The notes under the pieces: model-generated
Databases searched by the model: none
Told to the model about the DNA's origin: nothing
The model's input: only the letters and a program-made list of their open reading frames with translations
Made by a program: the position numbers and the translations under genes
Shown here: in pieces, positions 27,788 to 37,146 of the stretch
How the letters are laid out: the number at the start of each line of letters is the position of its first letter
Numbering within the stretch: position 1 is the first letter of the stretch
NCBI GenBank assembly: GCA_026461395.1
Contig: JAPJNA010000049.1
Location: forward strand, 3,516 to 67,515
From: Chthoniobacterales bacterium
GTDB lineage: Bacteria > Verrucomicrobiota > Verrucomicrobiia > Chthoniobacterales > UBA6821
DNA: 64,000 bases
Reading direction: 5' to 3'

Positions 27788-28348
27788 ATGAAGCGTCTGT
27801 GCTTATTTCTTTACCTGCTTCTTCCACTGATTCTGGGAGGCTGCCTCCATCCGCTTCCACGCTACGAACCACCGCTCCACCGTGCCGCTGTTCAGAAAGT
27901 CCGAACGACTGCCTACACGCACACCGAGAGTGATCATAGGCGCTACAGTAACCTCTCCGCTATCGGGAAGCCACTCCGCTGCGGCGCGGTCAATAGCGCA
28001 GCCGCCGACTGGGCTCGGTGGCCCTGTGGCACCATCTTCCGAATCAGGGCGACGGGAGAGCTCTACGAGGTGGATGACTACGGCTTCGCCCTCTCCGGGG
28101 TGAACACCATCGATCTCTACAAGCCCTCCAAGAAAACCATGCGCGAGTGGGGAGTGCGCAGGGTGACGATCGAAGTGCTCAAGTGGGGCGACCCCTGGGC
28201 CAGTTACCGCAAGATGGTCCGCGTCCGTAGCTATCGCCACATCAAGCGGATGATGACCGAGATCAAATCGTGGTTTCGCACTCCCCCAGTCGAACCGGTC
28301 TTCCCCGCCGGGGGTATCTGTCCTGCGCCACTGCCGGCCTCGCGCTAG
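27788..28348 (+). CDS. 3D-domain (MltA-like) cell-wall protein, probable lipoprotein
   Basis: Leader ending LGGC; TTAYTH, AAADW, VDDYG, IDLY supply three Asp. Confidence 0.75.
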   Translation: MKRLCLFLYLLLPLILGGCLHPLPRYEPPLHRAAVQKVRTTAYTHTESDHRRYSNLSAIGKPLRCGAVNSAAADWARWPCGTIFRIRATGELYEVDDYGFALSGVNTIDLYKPSKKTMREWGVRRVTIEVLKWGDPWASYRKMVRVRSYRHIKRMMTEIKSWFRTPPVEPVFPAGGICPAPLPASR

Positions 28349-28359
28349 AGAAAGAGAGC

Positions 28360-30165
28360 CTAAGCCGGTTGCTCAACCCACTTGTTGTGCTCTTTAATTA
28401 AATCCACCAGGCGATCAACAGCTTCCAATTCTGGAATGTTGAATTTCACAGCTTGCTTTCCGACATAGAGGTTCACCTTGCCAGGAGCTCCGCCGACATA
28501 GCCGAAGTCGGCGTCTGCCATCTCTCCCGGGCCGTTGACAATGCAACCCATGACCGCAATGCGGACACCCTTGAGATGAGAGGTCGAGGCCTTGATCCGA
28601 GCCGTAGTCTCCTGGAGGTTGAAGAGGGTGCGGCCGCAGGAAGGGCAGGCGACATAGTCGGTCTTGAAGATGCGGACGCCAGCAGCTTGGAGGATATTAT
28701 AAGCAAGCCGCAGGGACTGTCCCGGAGCCTCCTCGGAGCGCAGTAGGACGGCATCACCGATTCCGTCACAGAGTAGCGATCCCAGAACGGTTGCTGCTGA
28801 GAGGAGATGATCAATAAATTCACCGCCTGAAGCAGGAGTGAATATATCCTTCAGCAGAATTGGATGACGCGAATTCACCTGCGCAGCAAGCAGTCGGAAG
28901 GCAACGATGGGATCCACCGCAACGCCATCGCGCACGGTGATAAGGCGCGGCTCCGAAACCGCATTCACTGCGGCGATCTCTTCCGGAGAGAGGGGGTCCA
29001 CTTCCACTAGTAACAAGTCTTCGAGGATCAGTTCCGGCTGGTAGTCGCCGAGCACGTCACGCTTGTGGGCCACGGCCTCATCGACGCGTCGCGGCACAGT
29101 AACAGCGACAGTTTCTGTTCCTCCCAGAGCGATCCGCCGAGTGATGCCCTCCAGGACGATCCGTTCGGTAGCACGCCTTTGATAGTCGAAAAGCGGCCAG
29201 TTAGCTTGGATCCCGGAAACTGGGGAGACGGCGGCAATTCGTGTTTCAAAGGGAGCCACCAAGGCACGCGCCACAGGGATCTCATGCTCGCTATCCTCGG
29301 TCAGCGAGACGCGGATGGTATCGCCGATCCCGTCGGAAAGGAGAGAACCTATCCCGATGGCACTCTTGATCCGCCCATCCTCGCCGTCACCCGCCTCCGT
29401 CACACCGAGATGGATCGGATAGTTCCAGTCGGGCCCCTCCGCATTCAGTCGGGCCACAAGTAAACGATACGCGGCGATCATGACTTTCGGATTTGAGGCC
29501 TTCATCGAGAAGATCATCTGATGAAAATCGAGATCCCGTGCGATCCGTGCAAACTCCAGGGCACTCTCCACCATGCCGAGTGGTGAGTCGCCGAAGCGAT
29601 TCATGATCCGGTCGCTGAGCGATCCGTGGTTGGTTCCGATCCTCAGTGCCACACCGCGCTTCTTGGAGAGACTAACAAGCGGAGTGAAACGCTCCCGGAT
29701 GCGCTCCAGTTCTGCGGCATATTCCGCATCCGTGTAATCTCGGACATTGAATTTTTTCGAGTCGGCGAAGTTTCCTGGATTGATGCGGACCTTCTCTACC
29801 CAAAGCGCGGCCTCCATCGCCGCTTCCGGCTTGAAATGGATGTCGGCAACGAGAGGAACGTTACAACCGCGCGCATTCAACTCCGCACGGATTTTTTGGA
29901 GATTAGCGGCATCCTTCACGGTCGGCGCCGTGATACGAACCATTTCACATCCGACCTCGACCAGTCGCAGCGTCTCCCGGATACAGGCCTCCGTATCCAT
30001 TGTGTCGCTGGTGATCATCGACTGGATCCGGATCGGATTGGCCCCACCAAACCCCAAGCCTCCAATGATCACTTCACGACTGGGACGTCGTGCGTAGGAG
30101 AAGAGATCGGCCGCATAGCTGAGCGGCACTCCCGTTTGGGCTGCGGCATCACCCGCCCTGCTCAT
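28360..30165 (-). CDS. ispG: HMBPP synthase, long form
   Basis: IQSM, PLVADIHF, RINPGN, RIGTNHGSLS, CPSCGR, GCIVNGPGE. Confidence 0.96.
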   Translation of the reverse strand: MSRAGDAAAQTGVPLSYAADLFSYARRPSREVIIGGLGFGGANPIRIQSMITSDTMDTEACIRETLRLVEVGCEMVRITAPTVKDAANLQKIRAELNARGCNVPLVADIHFKPEAAMEAALWVEKVRINPGNFADSKKFNVRDYTDAEYAAELERIRERFTPLVSLSKKRGVALRIGTNHGSLSDRIMNRFGDSPLGMVESALEFARIARDLDFHQMIFSMKASNPKVMIAAYRLLVARLNAEGPDWNYPIHLGVTEAGDGEDGRIKSAIGIGSLLSDGIGDTIRVSLTEDSEHEIPVARALVAPFETRIAAVSPVSGIQANWPLFDYQRRATERIVLEGITRRIALGGTETVAVTVPRRVDEAVAHKRDVLGDYQPELILEDLLLVEVDPLSPEEIAAVNAVSEPRLITVRDGVAVDPIVAFRLLAAQVNSRHPILLKDIFTPASGGEFIDHLLSAATVLGSLLCDGIGDAVLLRSEEAPGQSLRLAYNILQAAGVRIFKTDYVACPSCGRTLFNLQETTARIKASTSHLKGVRIAVMGCIVNGPGEMADADFGYVGGAPGKVNLYVGKQAVKFNIPELEAVDRLVDLIKEHNKWVEQPA

Positions 30166-31643
30166 GGCTTTGGAGGGGAAACCGGCGAGGGAGCCGCAAC
30201 AGTGGAAGCAGGAGATTTTGGCGAGAAGGTCATGATTTCCGCTGTTTTGTCACTCGTAGCTGCCGCTGCAGATTTGTGTCCCTTCACTAAGTCACTGACA
30301 TCGTAAAAGGAGATATAGAGCATGGTTCCGATCAGCAGCATGGCAAAGGTGGTCTGGACAATCTCCAGCGTCTTCTGATGGATCGGATGTCCGCAAATCC
30401 ATTCGATAAAGGCCAACAGGATATGCCCGCCGTCGAGAACAGGCAGCGGGAGCATATTCATGACGGCCAGGTTGACGTTCAGAACGACACTGAACCAAAG
30501 GGCCAACTGCCACCCCATCGGACTCTGGAAGAGAAGGTAGTAGATCCTCATGATCCCAACGGGCCCGCTGAGCTGTTGGACGCCTATTTCGGAATGGCGG
30601 GCCGTGACGGCCGAGATGGTCTCCCACATGGTCAGAAGGCTCGACTTGATCTGGGTGATGGGATCCGGATGGACCAGCCTGACAAGCCCGCGCTGATCCC
30701 ATTGGATACCGAGGCGTACCTGCTTCTCGCCCTCCGGAATGCGTGGGGTGATGGAAATGGGGAAATCTGTACTGCCACGGCGGATTGTCAGAGTCACTGG
30801 GGCTCCCTTGGTGGCGCTTAGCAGCTCTGCAAGTGTCTGGCCGCTGTACAGAGTCTGCGCATTGGCAGCAATCACGAGATCACCGGCTCGTAGCCCGGCC
30901 TCTTCAGCGGGGCTGTTTGGGATGACCCGCGCAATCAACGGGGTCATGGCCGGAATAATCTGGATCTGGCGCAGGTTCTTCCGCCCCCAACCTTTGGTTG
31001 GCTCGACAACGGGCTCCACCTCGACCGCCGATTGCTTGCCGGCGCGTTCGTACCGGATAGGCACCACGGGAGCCGAGCTGATAGCTAGATTCCAGGCAAC
31101 GCTGTCACTCATCCGCCCCATGCCATTAATCCGAGTGACCGGATGTCCGTTGACGGCCAGGATCCTGTCTCCAGGTTGCAGTCCAGCCTTGGCAGCGGGT
31201 CCTCCCTCAAGGACATAGCCAATCATGTTGGTCGTTTCGGCCTCGCTGACAGGGCGGCCAACATACCAAACCACGCAGGCAATCAGAAAAGCTAGTCCAA
31301 GGCTAGCGGCGGGACCGGCAAGAGCGACGATGATCTTGTCGAGGGGGCGTGCCGGCGGCAAGGCCTCACCCTTCTCATTGGTCTCACCTTCCAAAGCCTC
31401 CATGGGGGCGAGCTGAGGAATAGCCACGAATCCTCCAGCAGGAATGCTGCCGAGCCTGTATTCTACGCCGTTGATTGTCTTGGACCAGAGCGCCTTGCCG
31501 AACCAGATAGCGAACTTCTCCACTTTCAGACCACGCCATTTAGCGGCGAAAAAGTGGCCCAACTCATGCACGACAATGAGCAGGTTGAAGAGGAGTACCA
31601 CCTCGAGAATAATACCGATGACTTTAAGGGCTCCTAAAAACAT
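30162..31643 (-). CDS. rseP: RIP metalloprotease RseP with PDZ domains
   Basis: HELGH, LAGP, NMLPLPVLDGG; start ATG 31643. Confidence 0.93.
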   Translation of the reverse strand: MFLGALKVIGIILEVVLLFNLLIVVHELGHFFAAKWRGLKVEKFAIWFGKALWSKTINGVEYRLGSIPAGGFVAIPQLAPMEALEGETNEKGEALPPARPLDKIIVALAGPAASLGLAFLIACVVWYVGRPVSEAETTNMIGYVLEGGPAAKAGLQPGDRILAVNGHPVTRINGMGRMSDSVAWNLAISSAPVVPIRYERAGKQSAVEVEPVVEPTKGWGRKNLRQIQIIPAMTPLIARVIPNSPAEEAGLRAGDLVIAANAQTLYSGQTLAELLSATKGAPVTLTIRRGSTDFPISITPRIPEGEKQVRLGIQWDQRGLVRLVHPDPITQIKSSLLTMWETISAVTARHSEIGVQQLSGPVGIMRIYYLLFQSPMGWQLALWFSVVLNVNLAVMNMLPLPVLDGGHILLAFIEWICGHPIHQKTLEIVQTTFAMLLIGTMLYISFYDVSDLVKGHKSAAAATSDKTAEIMTFSPKSPASTVAAPSPVSPPKP

Positions 31644-31714
31644 GAACGCCAAGCCTCGCCCCTACCGGGGTAAAAATCAATCGCTATGCGCTTCCGAAGG
31701 AGGCAGAGGTAAGC

Positions 31715-31755
31715 AGGCTGAAAACTGTAGTCTGTTGGACTATTGGGCTGTAGGT
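31715..31755. repeat. Degenerate aggctga/agtctgt array at the left edge of the rhamnose module
   Basis: aggctga aaactgt agtctgt tggactt attgggc tgtagg. Confidence 0.5.
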
Positions 31756-31811
31756 CACAGGCCGAGAATAAACATGGTTTTTTCCCAACACCGGCCCCTT
31801 GGATTTTCGAT

Positions 31812-33056
31812 TCAGCTTCTCTTCAAGAGAACATCCCGTTCGTAGGAACGGACTTCGCCCATCCAGTCGGTGGGGACCTCCTGACGGTGGCAAAATTCCT
31901 GCCAGACCGCCCCGACAGGGAGAGTCTTGGACTCCTCCATGAGGGCCAGGCGCTCCCAGAGTGCGCCGGAGTTCTCGGCGGCGCGGAGTTTGTCGAGAGG
32001 TTGGAGAAGCGCATGAAGGAGCGCCTTCTGGGCGCTCCGGGTGCCGATGACCCACGCGGCGATGCGGTTGATGGAGGCGTCGAAGAAATCGAGCCCGATG
32101 TGGGTGCGGCCAAGGAAGTCGCCGCGCACCAGTTCCTCCATGATGGCGATCGTCGGGTCATCCAGCAGGACGACATGGTCGCTGTCCCAACGCACGCCGC
32201 GGCTGACATGGAGCAGGAGTCCGGGAACAAACTGGAGCACCGAGGAGATCTTGTCGGCGATCTGCTCGGTGGGGTGGAAGTGTCCGGCATCAAGGCAGAT
32301 CAGCTTCTGCCTTGTCACGGCGTATCCGAGGTAGAACTCGTGGGAGCCCACGACGTAACTCTCGCTGCCGATCCCGAAGAGCTTGCACTCGACGGCGTCG
32401 AGGTTGATCGCCGGGTCGATCTTCTCCACAAAGATGGCGTCAAGCGAGGCCTCAAGCCGCTCGCGGGGCCCCTTGCGGTCCGCCGGAAGATCCTTCGAGC
32501 CGTCCGGGATCCAGACATTGGTCACGCAGGCCGATCCGAGCTGGCGGCCGATCTCGGCACCGATGCGGCGGCAGGCCTTACCATGCTCGATCCAGTAGTC
32601 GCGGATCCCTTGGTCGGGGCTGGAGAGGGTGTAGCCCGAGGAGGCCTTCGGATGGGCGAAGAAACTCGGGTTGAAATCCATGCCGAGCCCCTGTGCCTTG
32701 GCCCAGTCGATCCAGCCCTGAAACTCGGCGACGCCGTAGTCGCTGCGCTCCGTTTTCCGGCCCCCGAGCTCCGCGTAGCAGGCGTGGAGGTTAAGACGGT
32801 GGCTCCCGGGGATCAGGGAGAGCGCTTTTTCCAGGTCCTGACGGAGCTCTTCCGGCGTCCGCGCCTTGCCGGGATGGTTCCCCGTGGCGGCCAGACCGCT
32901 TCCGGCAAGGTCGGCTTCCGCTTTCTCAAATCCACCCACATCATCCCCCTGCCAGCAGTGCAGCGAGATCGGCGTGGAGGCGAGACACTTGATCACCTCC
33001 TCGGTGTCGACCCCGATTGAGGCGTAGGTTTCCTTGGCAAGTGGGTAAGCGTTCAT
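31812..33056 (-). CDS. rhaA: L-rhamnose isomerase
   Basis: [55 protein letters not shown]; start ATG 33056. Confidence 0.95.
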   Translation of the reverse strand: MNAYPLAKETYASIGVDTEEVIKCLASTPISLHCWQGDDVGGFEKAEADLAGSGLAATGNHPGKARTPEELRQDLEKALSLIPGSHRLNLHACYAELGGRKTERSDYGVAEFQGWIDWAKAQGLGMDFNPSFFAHPKASSGYTLSSPDQGIRDYWIEHGKACRRIGAEIGRQLGSACVTNVWIPDGSKDLPADRKGPRERLEASLDAIFVEKIDPAINLDAVECKLFGIGSESYVVGSHEFYLGYAVTRQKLICLDAGHFHPTEQIADKISSVLQFVPGLLLHVSRGVRWDSDHVVLLDDPTIAIMEELVRGDFLGRTHIGLDFFDASINRIAAWVIGTRSAQKALLHALLQPLDKLRAAENSGALWERLALMEESKTLPVGAVWQEFCHRQEVPTDWMGEVRSYERDVLLKRS

Positions 33057-33110
33057 GCTTTTATTGATGATGTGGTTGGGTGTGAAGGGAAGTTTTCCGT
33101 GGAGCGGTGG

Positions 33111-33130
33111 TAGGGAAGCGCGCTTCCCTA
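33111..33130. other. Perfect 20-bp palindrome at the rhaT stop
   Basis: tagggaagcgcgcttcccta. Confidence 0.6.
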
Positions 33131-34303
33131 GCCTTGACCCTTGAGCCAGGTCCCGATGCCGATGATGATCGTGGAAAGAATCAGCGTGCCGATGCCCATG
33201 GCAATAAGGGCGTGGGTCTTTTTGCTCGCCCCCTTCCACTCGTGGAAGATCCATCCCCACATCGTGCTAAAGATGATGATGCTGGCCATGTGGAGCGTCC
33301 AACTGGCGAAGCCGAACCTGCCCATCTGGGTCTCGCCCATCGTGTAGAAGAAGAACTGTAGGTACCAGATCGTCCCGGCCAGGGCGGAGAGGATGTAGTT
33401 CCTGACCATCGGCACCCGGAGACCTTCGCCTATCGGATCGTGGTCGGGGGCTGCAACGGGAGTGATGCTCCCATGCTCACCACCCCCGGCACCGCCGAGA
33501 GCCGCATGTTCCTTACGCACTGTGCCGCTGAGGTACTGGTAGGCCGTGCCGTTCTTGAAGTGGAGGAACAGACACCAGAGGAAGTTCGTCGTGAAGCCGC
33601 CGAGCAGAACGACCACCAGCTTCGGAAGTCCTGTCCAGATCTGATCCGTGCCGGCCAGCAGCGAGGCCTCTCCGATCGGTTTGCCGGCCGTGAGGGCGAA
33701 GGCGAAGCAGGCGCTCATGACGCCGGAGAAGGTGGCGACAGCCATCCCCTTGGGGAAGTTGAACTCCTTGACGGCTTCCGTCTTCGCCGACTCGTCCATT
33801 TCCCGCTCCTTGTTGAGTCCCGCCAGGGCGGCGAGTCCGATGCCAAAGAGGCAGGCCACGACACCGATCAGCGTGATCTGGCCGGGCAGCGTGGAGGCGA
33901 TCTGGACGATTGTTTCGTCGCACGGAATGGAGGGGATGAAGAGCTTGGCGATGGGCGGAAGGAGCGTCCCGAATGCGGCGCAGTAGCCGAGGGCGACACC
34001 CATGCCGAGCGACATGCCGAGATAGCGGATCGTGAGGCCGAAGGTCAGGCCACCCAGACCCCAGAGACATCCGAAGAAATAGGTCCACAAGAGCGTACCG
34101 CCACTCTGGCGCGTGATCACACCGTGCAGATCATGTGTCATCACCAGCGCCATCAACGACGGCATGATGATCCAGGAGGCGACACCGCCGACCATCCAGG
34201 CGGTTTCCCAGGCCCACTTCTTCACAAAGCGGTACGGGACATAGAAACTTCCGGAGGCAAAGCCGCCGAGCCAGTGAAAGAAGACGCCGAGGAAGGGATT
34301 CAT
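33128..34303 (-). CDS. rhaT: L-rhamnose/H+ symporter
   Basis: [35 protein letters not shown]. Confidence 0.92.
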   Translation of the reverse strand: MNPFLGVFFHWLGGFASGSFYVPYRFVKKWAWETAWMVGGVASWIIMPSLMALVMTHDLHGVITRQSGGTLLWTYFFGCLWGLGGLTFGLTIRYLGMSLGMGVALGYCAAFGTLLPPIAKLFIPSIPCDETIVQIASTLPGQITLIGVVACLFGIGLAALAGLNKEREMDESAKTEAVKEFNFPKGMAVATFSGVMSACFAFALTAGKPIGEASLLAGTDQIWTGLPKLVVVLLGGFTTNFLWCLFLHFKNGTAYQYLSGTVRKEHAALGGAGGGEHGSITPVAAPDHDPIGEGLRVPMVRNYILSALAGTIWYLQFFFYTMGETQMGRFGFASWTLHMASIIIFSTMWGWIFHEWKGASKKTHALIAMGIGTLILSTIIIGIGTWLKGQG

Positions 34304-34325
34304 GACCGGGGGGAGGAGGAATGCG

Positions 34326-35759
34326 TCAGCAAACGGTCGCGATCTCCACGCCGAGAAGCCGTGCGATCTTGATCAGCTTGCCGGAGAGGTGACCCACCCC
34401 GACCGCGCAGTGGTGAGCAGGCCCCTGCGCGTTCCATTCGTTCATGAAGCGGCGAGCTCCGATGGGGAACCTGTAGCGGCTGTTGGTGTTACCGATCTCA
34501 AGGATCGGTCCGGGAATGGACTCCCCCTCGGCGACGAGGAGCTTGAGCCTGTTGTCCACGGTCTCCACCACGCTGAGCAGGGTGACGGGACCGTGCTTAA
34601 CCGACATCTCCACGGAGAGGCCACTTCCTACCTTGCCGTGGTAAACCGCCAGGGGGCGCACGCGGGTCGGTCCCTCGGCGATGGCGATGTGCCCTGGGCC
34701 GTCGTGCCCCATCAGGACGACATCATCGTTCCAGTCAACGGCGTAATACTCGGTGAAGGATCCGCCGGCACCGAGCAGATCCATGATCTTCATGGCCTGG
34801 ACGTTCTTGATCTCGAGCTCCCCGGCGACGGGACAACCCTGCGCGGTGAGCAGCGAGTTGCCCAGGATGATGGAACTAACCGATTCCTCGTTCTCTGCAA
34901 TGCCGGTGCCCATGTGGTAGTAGGCCAAGGAACCGAGCCGCTTCCTGCGGACGAGGCGGTCCAGGGCGACGGAAGTGCGGGCCGCCCGCAGCAACTCCTC
35001 CACGGGGCAATCCTCCTGGACATCGAACTCCCTGCGGAACTCCTCCACCCGCGCCTCGGCCTCGGACGAGCTGACATCGCGGCGCAGGGCGCTGAGTTCC
35101 TCGACCTCAAGGATCTCGATATGCGTGCCGAATACCGAACTCTGAAGCGTGAGGTCGGAGTAGATGTCGAGCATCCCGTTGTAATAATGGCCCATGACCC
35201 CAAGACGGTTGTGCTCCATCCCGTGGACCACCCGGGCGGCGTCTATCCAGTCGTCGATCTCCCCCCAGCACACGGGATCATCCTCGAGCCTTCCGGTGAC
35301 CTGGTGAAACGGTATCCGGGCCCGCGTCAGGACATTGGCGATCTCGGGCACGGGACACGCCCCGCAGTGGGCCAGCCATTCGCCGGTCATCGCCGTGCGG
35401 TCGCCCATGCGGTTGAAGGAGGCGTAATCGATGGCCGCCTCCGGGGAGAGGTTCAGCAGAACGACCGGCACCTTGGCGCGCCGCACCATCGGAAGGACGG
35501 TCGAGGAAAGGGCGTAGGTGGTCGAATGGATGAGCAGGAGATCGATGTCGGCCACCCTCAACTCGTGACCCGCGGCAAGCGCCCTCTCCGGAGAATCAAC
35601 GAGGCCGAGATTCACGATCTGCACGCCGGGTCGCCCGAGCTTCGATCCGATCCGCGCCGTGTAACCCTCCAAGCGTTCCTTCAGGCCGGGAAACTGGGGC
35701 CAGTAGGTGTCGAGTCCGATTCCGACAAGTCCAATGCGGACGCTAGAGGGGTTTTCCAT
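34326..35759 (-). CDS. L-fucose/L-arabinose isomerase-family protein
   Basis: GLDTYWPQF, GVMGHYYNGMLD, AGELE, MGHDGP, GPAHH; start ATG 35759. Confidence 0.8.
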   Translation of the reverse strand: MENPSSVRIGLVGIGLDTYWPQFPGLKERLEGYTARIGSKLGRPGVQIVNLGLVDSPERALAAGHELRVADIDLLLIHSTTYALSSTVLPMVRRAKVPVVLLNLSPEAAIDYASFNRMGDRTAMTGEWLAHCGACPVPEIANVLTRARIPFHQVTGRLEDDPVCWGEIDDWIDAARVVHGMEHNRLGVMGHYYNGMLDIYSDLTLQSSVFGTHIEILEVEELSALRRDVSSSEAEARVEEFRREFDVQEDCPVEELLRAARTSVALDRLVRRKRLGSLAYYHMGTGIAENEESVSSIILGNSLLTAQGCPVAGELEIKNVQAMKIMDLLGAGGSFTEYYAVDWNDDVVLMGHDGPGHIAIAEGPTRVRPLAVYHGKVGSGLSVEMSVKHGPVTLLSVVETVDNRLKLLVAEGESIPGPILEIGNTNSRYRFPIGARRFMNEWNAQGPAHHCAVGVGHLSGKLIKIARLLGVEIATVC

Positions 35760-35822
35760 CTCGGCAAAGTAACAGATGGCCTCCGTCGGGGAATGCGGAT
35801 AATGATCTTTTTCATACAGAAT

Positions 35823-36728
35823 ATGACCAACTTTCCCAAGAGGGATGAGCGGACGAAGGATGACTATTTCCGCTATTTTCCCGACACCAAGGACCTCGAA
35901 CGCTGGGGCATCTGGGTCTCCGCTTCCGGCATCGCCACCGTGGCGCCGGGGAACCCCTACCCTCCGCTCCCCCACCCCGGGGACCATCATTTCGAGTGGG
36001 AACGGGGACGGGTCCTTGAATCCCTCCAGATCGTGATGGTGACCGCGGGCGAAGGACTACTCGAAACCCGGCAGACCGGCGCGAAGCGGATCAGCGCGGG
36101 GAGCGTCATCCTCCTTCGCCCCGGGGTATGGCACCGCTACAAGCCCGAGCCGGAGACGGGCTGGAGGGAAAGCTGGATCGAGATGCGGGGGCGGGTGGTC
36201 ACGGATCTCCTGCAATCCGGAACCATTCCCGACGGCCCCCTGCTCCGGGGAAGCCGGCTCACGCCTCTTCTCGAGGAACTCCTTGAGACGATCCACAGGA
36301 GAACGGGCGCGAAAATCCCCACCCACCGGCCGGAACTCTCCGCGGAGGCGCTCAGGATGCTGGCGCTCCTCTGCGGCATGGAGGCGGAGGAACCCGCCGG
36401 GGAGACCCTCCGCGCGGCCGTCACGCGGGCCGAACACCACCTGGCCGAACACCACGCCGAATCCCTCGACATGCAGGATATGGCAAGGATGCTCGGGGTC
36501 TCTTACTCTAGCTTTCGCCGCGCCTTCCGGAAAGAGACAGGCCTCTCCCCCTGGCAGTATCTCATGAGCGTCCGCCTGAACCGTGCGCGCCGACTGCTCT
36601 CCTCACGTGAGACCAAGCTCGAGTCGGTCGCGGCCGCCGTCGGGTTCAGCTCCGCCTTTCACCTCTCTGCGGCGTTCAAAAAGGCCTACGGAGTTTCCCC
36701 CGGCAACTGGAGAAAACAGGATCGGTAA
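35823..36728 (+). CDS. AraC-family transcriptional regulator
   Basis: Real start ATG 35823 inside the supplied 808-aa ORF; PGVWHRY cupin, SYSSFRRAF, VGFSSAFHLS. Confidence 0.9.
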   Translation: MTNFPKRDERTKDDYFRYFPDTKDLERWGIWVSASGIATVAPGNPYPPLPHPGDHHFEWERGRVLESLQIVMVTAGEGLLETRQTGAKRISAGSVILLRPGVWHRYKPEPETGWRESWIEMRGRVVTDLLQSGTIPDGPLLRGSRLTPLLEELLETIHRRTGAKIPTHRPELSAEALRMLALLCGMEAEEPAGETLRAAVTRAEHHLAEHHAESLDMQDMARMLGVSYSSFRRAFRKETGLSPWQYLMSVRLNRARRLLSSRETKLESVAAAVGFSSAFHLSAAFKKAYGVSPGNWRKQDR

Positions 36729-36819
36729 CTCGGGTTAGCCGCCATTGCGTGCATCACTGCTCAGACTTTTGCATTCAGCTAGGCCAGAGGAGCGAAGTGA
36801 ACAGAACTTTCTTCCGTTG

Positions 36820-36846
36820 AAAAACCCTTCGGATGATGGCGAAGGG
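36820..36846 (-). terminator. Intrinsic terminator downstream of pheT/6S
   Basis: cccttcg/cgaaggg stem followed by a 5-U run on the minus strand. Confidence 0.6.
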
Positions 36847-36861
36847 ATTCACAACATATCA

Positions 36862-36900
36862 CCCTCTAACAGTCTAAAAACCTTCAGCCTAATTAGCTTC
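36862..36900. repeat. Reverse-oriented aggctga-family array at the right edge of the rhamnose module
   Basis: Minus strand reads agctaat taggctg aaggttt ttagact gttagag gg. Confidence 0.5.
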
Positions 36901-36925
36901 CTCGTCCTAGGGACAAGGAGAGAGA

Positions 36926-37100
36926 TTGCCCCGCGATGCCGTTAGGTCGCGATCCCGTTCCCAATATAGGTTAGGGTGGAGACCTCCGTGCAGACCGCTG
37001 ACCTCCAGTGAAGGCCTGTCATTGTTCCGCCCGGTTAGCCTCCGGTTTGATCACATCGGATCGGGAGCATACAGACCGAATCCCGAACACCGCAGGGCAA
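36926..37100 (-). ncRNA. ssrS: 6S RNA
   Basis: 175-nt rod: ttgccctgcggtgtt pairs with ggcatcgcggggcaa, further helices ggtc/gacc and tcccg/cggga, central bubble, apical stem; lies directly after pheT. Folded by eye. Confidence 0.75.
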
Positions 37101-37146
37101 ATTCAAAATGTGGAGAGAACGATAACCATGTTTATGGCTCGAAGAT

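Noticed and set aside
28360-30165. Extra ~200-aa insert in IspG
   Set aside because: Known long (three-domain) IspG form found in plants, chlamydiae and other bacteria.
34302-35822. Apparent 500-aa N-terminal extension making an 808-aa AraC fusion
   Set aside because: The extension is antisense to the isomerase gene; the regulator starts at ATG 35823.
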